64,000 bases of DNA. Source: the human T2T-CHM13v2.0 reference genome, Homo sapiens. How positions within the stretch are numbered: the stretch's first letter is position 1; each line of letters starts with the position of its first letter. The stretch lies in the NCBI RefSeq assembly GCF_009914755.1, contig NC_060940.1; one strand, written 5' to 3'. The position numbers and the translations under genes were made by a program. A model generated the notes under the pieces. It did no database searches. It was given only the letters and a program-made list of their open reading frames with translations, and had not been told where the DNA came from. This document shows positions 37,187 through 64,000 of this stretch, piece after piece.

Positions 37187-39443
37187 ATTCGTGACATGTT
37201 TATACAAATATAACTTTAGCAAATATTTAGCATAACTATCAAAATTACAAATCATATTAAATTTGTATAAATGTATGCAATTTTTGGAACACGCATATCA
37301 ACAACATACCCATAAATATAACTGAGATGAGATCTAATGTCACCTCACTTGACAGTGCCCTCCCATGCAGTATCGCCACATTTGACAATGCCTGCCCATT
37401 TAATCTACCAAATAAATCGAATCACTTAATACCTCTACAAGATGAGAGATACATTCTTTAGACTCCCCAAGGGATGCAGCTGAAAAAAATCCCAAAGTTA
37501 GTTTTAAGCCAAAAAGACTTGATTTAGGATTTTGACACTGGAGAAACCCATCAAAGATGTCAAGTTTGAAAACACTTGATCAAAACAGAATCACAGGTCA
37601 CTATTAAAAGAGTATTAATTTAACCAGAGACTTCCAAAGCAATACAGAAACTTACATGGATATAAAAACCCTAACCCTTTTAAAGGTCAGATTTGCTAAG
37701 TGATCAAAAGGGGTACTTGAATTGAATCGACACAGGAAGAGTGTGTACAGGGTTATGAGTGTAGGCAGGTGGTTACTTTGGTCATATCTCCATTTGCCAC
37801 CTGATTACACATGAGAATGGCATCTTTACTCACCAGAAAGCCAGTATTATAGGAGGTGTAGGAGGCATTCTTGGACTTGAGACAAGAACATTGTTGTGTA
37901 GAAATTTCATTGACTGTGTTAAAATTATTCTCCATGGGCTGGAGAACACATAACATGGCCTTTAGAATGAGACGGGCATTGATTGGATGCAAGGTCTCCA
38001 CACTTACTAGCTGTGTGACATTGGACAGAGTGCTTCATCATTCCGAGACTCAGTTTTTAAAGGAAAAACAACTAACTACCTTGCAAGCTTGCTAGCAGGT
38101 TTAAGTGTAATAATGTGTGGGAATGACTGCACCGTGACTAACATGCAGTGACAGCTTAATTAATGTTAACCCTTATCATTATCATATAAGAATGTGAGTT
38201 ACATAAGAGAGGAGTCCTGTCAGTTCGTTCTCTGCTGTGTCCCCAAGACCATGAATCATGGCTGGCATGTAGTAGGCATTTAATAATATATGTTCAACAA
38301 GTATTTGGCAGTCTTGGAGGGCAGAAAAGGAGGTGGGGAAGATTTTTAAATAACATTCTTTAAAAAGTCACATTGTCCTACAATACCGATTTTTCTTGCA
38401 TATTTAGGAAATTGAGGGTTTTTTTCTAAAACATGCGGACATATGGGAAATAGGATGCAACATTTGCACTAATGTTTCAGACACAGTTAGAGGTTTCCAA
38501 GAGATTTTGCGCTGGGGAGGCTGCTTGCTACAAGCTCCCAAAGCTCTGGGAGGACATAGTATTCATTCCTCCCTCAGCAGAAGCGGTGAGGCAAGAAGCT
38601 CTGGGGAGCACCCAGCGTTGGACTTTTAGCATAGTGTGTCAGGTCTTCATAGTTTGGGCCCAGGGCACAGAGAAGTCACAGCTCTCCGGCATCCTGTGAC
38701 CTTTACCCTCTTTGCCAAGGGAAAATGTGGCCCACCAAAGCAAGAAACTTGAGGGCATGGGTCACCCCAGCCCTGGCATCTGCCCAGAGCCCGAGAAGGA
38801 AGGAACAATGATCCTCCAGCTACCTCACGGGGCTGGCACAGGTGACCACTGCCCTGGCATCACCCAGCTGTGTCCGGCAGCCTGAACCCCATCTGTGGGG
38901 ATGCGAGGAGGAAAATACAAAAGTCCTTAGGTGAACACTGAGAAGGCAGATGCAGCAGAAACCTCCAGGCCAGAACTACCCAGTCTTGGACCTATGGTGG
39001 AGATAGAGCATAGCTGGCGATCATGTGTACTTACACTCTAAGGTCACCTGGTTGCACTATGGCCTCATCTGTGGCTCTGAAAATGAAGATTTGGAAGGAG
39101 ATCATCACAGCTAATGTTTAACAAGCCCCTCCTGTGTGCCAAATCATTCACCCCTCACCACAACCGAATGAGCTAAGGATTCTCATTATATATAGTTTAT
39201 GGAGAGGGAAGTGCAGACATAAAGAGGTGAATTATCTTACCCAGATCACACAGCTGATAAGTGGTGGAGGCAGAATAGAATCTAAACAGTGTGGCTCCGG
39301 AGCCCACATGCATTGATTCGACAAGTGTTTATTGAGCACCTGCCGCGGACAAGGCCTTGTGTGATTAAATAGGGTTATAATTAGTAATATAAAAATGAGA
39401 AATCACTAATGCTTTTTAGACTTAACATTTTGTTTTTTTGTAG

Positions 39444-39541
39444 GTTTCAGGCACAGAACTGTATATCCAATAATAGTGAAATGGATCCCACTAATTATGA
39501 CAGAAATGATGATACATTTAAATGACTTGGATGTTTTATAG
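39444..39541 (+). other. Candidate 5' non-coding exon upstream of the NPIPB start
   Basis: T-rich tract plus TAG acceptor at 39443 and G|GTATGA donor at 39541; splice signals only. Confidence 0.3.
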
Positions 39542-39821
39542 GTATGATCTCGTGAAATCTTGAGAGAAACTGAATGACGAATGAAACTATTGTTCCTGTT
39601 TCACACAGAAGAAAACTGAGGTTAAAAGGGGTAAAGTAATTTTGCATGGCATGAAGTAGAAATTCAAAGTACAGGAATTTGAACTTGGTTCTGTCCTTTT
39701 CTGAAGCCCTTGACCACTATAGACTCAAACATCACCTTGTTTTTCCACTCATTCAACACTTTTTTTTTTAAATTATCTAATAGGTTGGCACTCATCATGA
39801 GCCCCTGTTCTCATTCTGCAA

Positions 39822-62226
<22,405 letters not shown>

Positions 62227-62260
62227 GAAGAGGCCAGTGCACTCAAGCCTGAGCAATAAG

Positions 62261-62362
62261 AATAAAACCGAGTAGAACAAAATAAAAAATTCAAAAAACA
62301 AAACAAAACCCACACTCCAAAAACTAACAAAGAATAAATAAATAATATAAAAATAAAATAAA
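62261..62362 (+). terminator. Cluster of AATAAA polyadenylation signals for NPIPB
   Basis: AATAAA at 62261 and 62281 and several more to about 62362, followed by a GT/T-rich stretch. Confidence 0.7.
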
Positions 62363-62482
62363 TACTGCAGTCCTTATGTTATTGCTTTGTTTCGATATCT
62401 GGTATGATTGCCTGAGGGACCTGAGGTTTTTAATCATAGGGGTTTTTTTTTAATCTTTAGAAGTGGTTGGTTATGTAAAATA

Positions 62483-64000
62483 TTATTATTTTTTTTTTTG
62501 AGACTGGATTTTGCTGTGTCACCCAGGCTGGAGTGCAGTGACTCGATCACAGCTCACTGCAGCCTCAACCTCCTGGGCTTCAAGCAATCCTCCTGCCTCA
62601 GCCTCCCAAGTAGCTGGGATCACAGATATGTGCCACCACGCCTGGCCAATGTTAAAAAATCCTTTAACTTTTTTGTAGAGATGCACTCCTGGACTCAAGC
62701 GATCCTCCTACTTGTCCCGACCACCAGCCCCTTTCTGATAAACAAACATTTACACTGTTTATTATCTGATGCCATTTCTATCTTCTTCCTTGTCGTCCAG
62801 ACATCGAATAATTAGGTTTCTTCAGGGTTTTCTTTTTCAAGTGCTCAGTGTTAAAGATCACTCACATTAGGGCCAGACACCATGGCTCATGCCTGTAATC
62901 CCAGCACTTTGGGAGGCCGAGGCGGGCAGAGCACTTGAGGTGGGGAGTTTGAGACCAGCCCGGCCAACTTGGGGAAACCCCACCTCTACTGAAAAAAATA
63001 CAAAAATTAGCTGGGCGTGATGGTGCATGTCTGTAGTCCTAGCCACTTGGGAGGCTGAGGCATGAGAATCGCTTGAACCCAGGAGGCAGAGGTTGTAGTG
63101 AGCCAAGATCACGTCAGCACACTCTAGCCTGGGTGACAGAGTGAGACTCTGACTCAAAAAATAAATAAAATAAATATCACTTACATGAGATATACCCAAG
63201 GGGTGGTCTACAGAGACTTGGAAGCAGTGGTTATTGCAACAGGGGCACGGAAGTCATCTGGCTATGCCAGGGTGCCCAGGGGATACTCGGGGTGGGTGGC
63301 ATGGTGCTGCTGGGGACTCATCGCACAGGACGCTCTGATTGACGCACTGCCAGGAGTAGCGCTCTGTCTTGGGGCTGCAGCCGGCCTCCTCAGCTCGAGT
63401 GTAACATCAGTCGTGGCCATGGCAGCACCTGCGGATGTCACATGGGCAGGACAGCAGGTGGGTGAAGCTCTCTCCTGGCCCTCCTCTCTTGCCAGGACCA
63501 TGGGTGACTGAAGACCCCCAGGGAGGCACAGCATCCTCTTATCTAAGATTTTTTTTTTTTTAAGAGACAGGGTCTTTAAAAAAGTCCTGCAGTCTGCAGT
63601 CGCCCAGGCTGGACTGCAGAGGCACAATCATAGCTCACGGCAGCCTTGAACTCCTGGGCTCAAGCGATCCTCCCACTTCAGTGTCCCAAGTAGCTGAGAC
63701 TACAGGCACACGCCAGCATGTCCGGCTGGTTTTTTAGTTTGTATTTCCTTTGAGACAGCATATCTCTCTGTCGCTCAGGCTGGGGTGCAATGGCTCAATC
63801 AGCTCACTTTAGCCTTGAACTCCCGGGCTCAAGTGATACTGCCACCTCAACTTCCCAAGTATGCTACTACAGGAACACAAACTCCTTTTTTAAATTTTTT
63901 GTGGATATGGGGTCTCACTATGTTGCCTAGGCTGGTCTTGAACTCCCAGGCTCAAGCAGTCCTACCTCAGCCTCCCCAAATGCTGGGATTACAGGTGGGA
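62483..64000. mobile_element. Alus at about 62483-62730 (-), 62870-63175 (+), 63548-64000 (-, old AluJ-like pieces)
   Basis: Alu motifs. Confidence 0.85.
63322..63428 (-). pseudogene. PLA2G10 (group X secretory phospholipase A2) pseudogene exon carrying the catalytic His-Asp motif
   Basis: Minus strand cag|G TGC TGC CAT GGC CAC GAC TGA TGT TAC... translates CCHGHD*CYTRAEEAGCSPKTERYSWQCVNQSVLC, matching recalled PLA2G10 except Cys changed to stop; the donor is ATGAGT instead of GTGAGT. Confidence 0.9.

Overview
Primate (human-type) genomic DNA from the chromosome 16p segmental-duplication mosaic around the LCR16a core duplicon, very rich in Alu. 584-17863 (+): 18 exons of a partial duplicate of the NMD kinase gene SMG1 (SMG1P family). 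The frame is open for 769 codons up to a TGA at 16357, and the last exon has a broken splice donor. About 18-39 kb: transposon-rich spacer with two HERV-H LTR7s, an env remnant, a truncated L1PA, MER1, MER41A and THE1, plus minus-strand exon-like segments of unknown origin. 39822-62226 (+): an intact NPIPB-type gene with 7 coding exons and 1138 aa as reconstructed by hand. The paralog cannot be fixed from sequence alone; SMG1P1/NPIPB5 fits if this is the reference plus strand. The gene is built from borrowed parts: a first exon co-opted from ACSM1, two more in-frame alternative first exons (NPIPA-type and signal-peptide type), an exon silenced by acceptor loss, a coding VNTR read in two frames through compensating indels, and a C-terminal PKRRR array, stop codon and polyA signal that appear to derive from a tandemly amplified Alu arm. 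A disabled PLA2G10 catalytic exon lies downstream on the minus strand. Comparisons with reference proteins and repeat consensuses are from memory, not from database searches; repeat boundaries are approximate.
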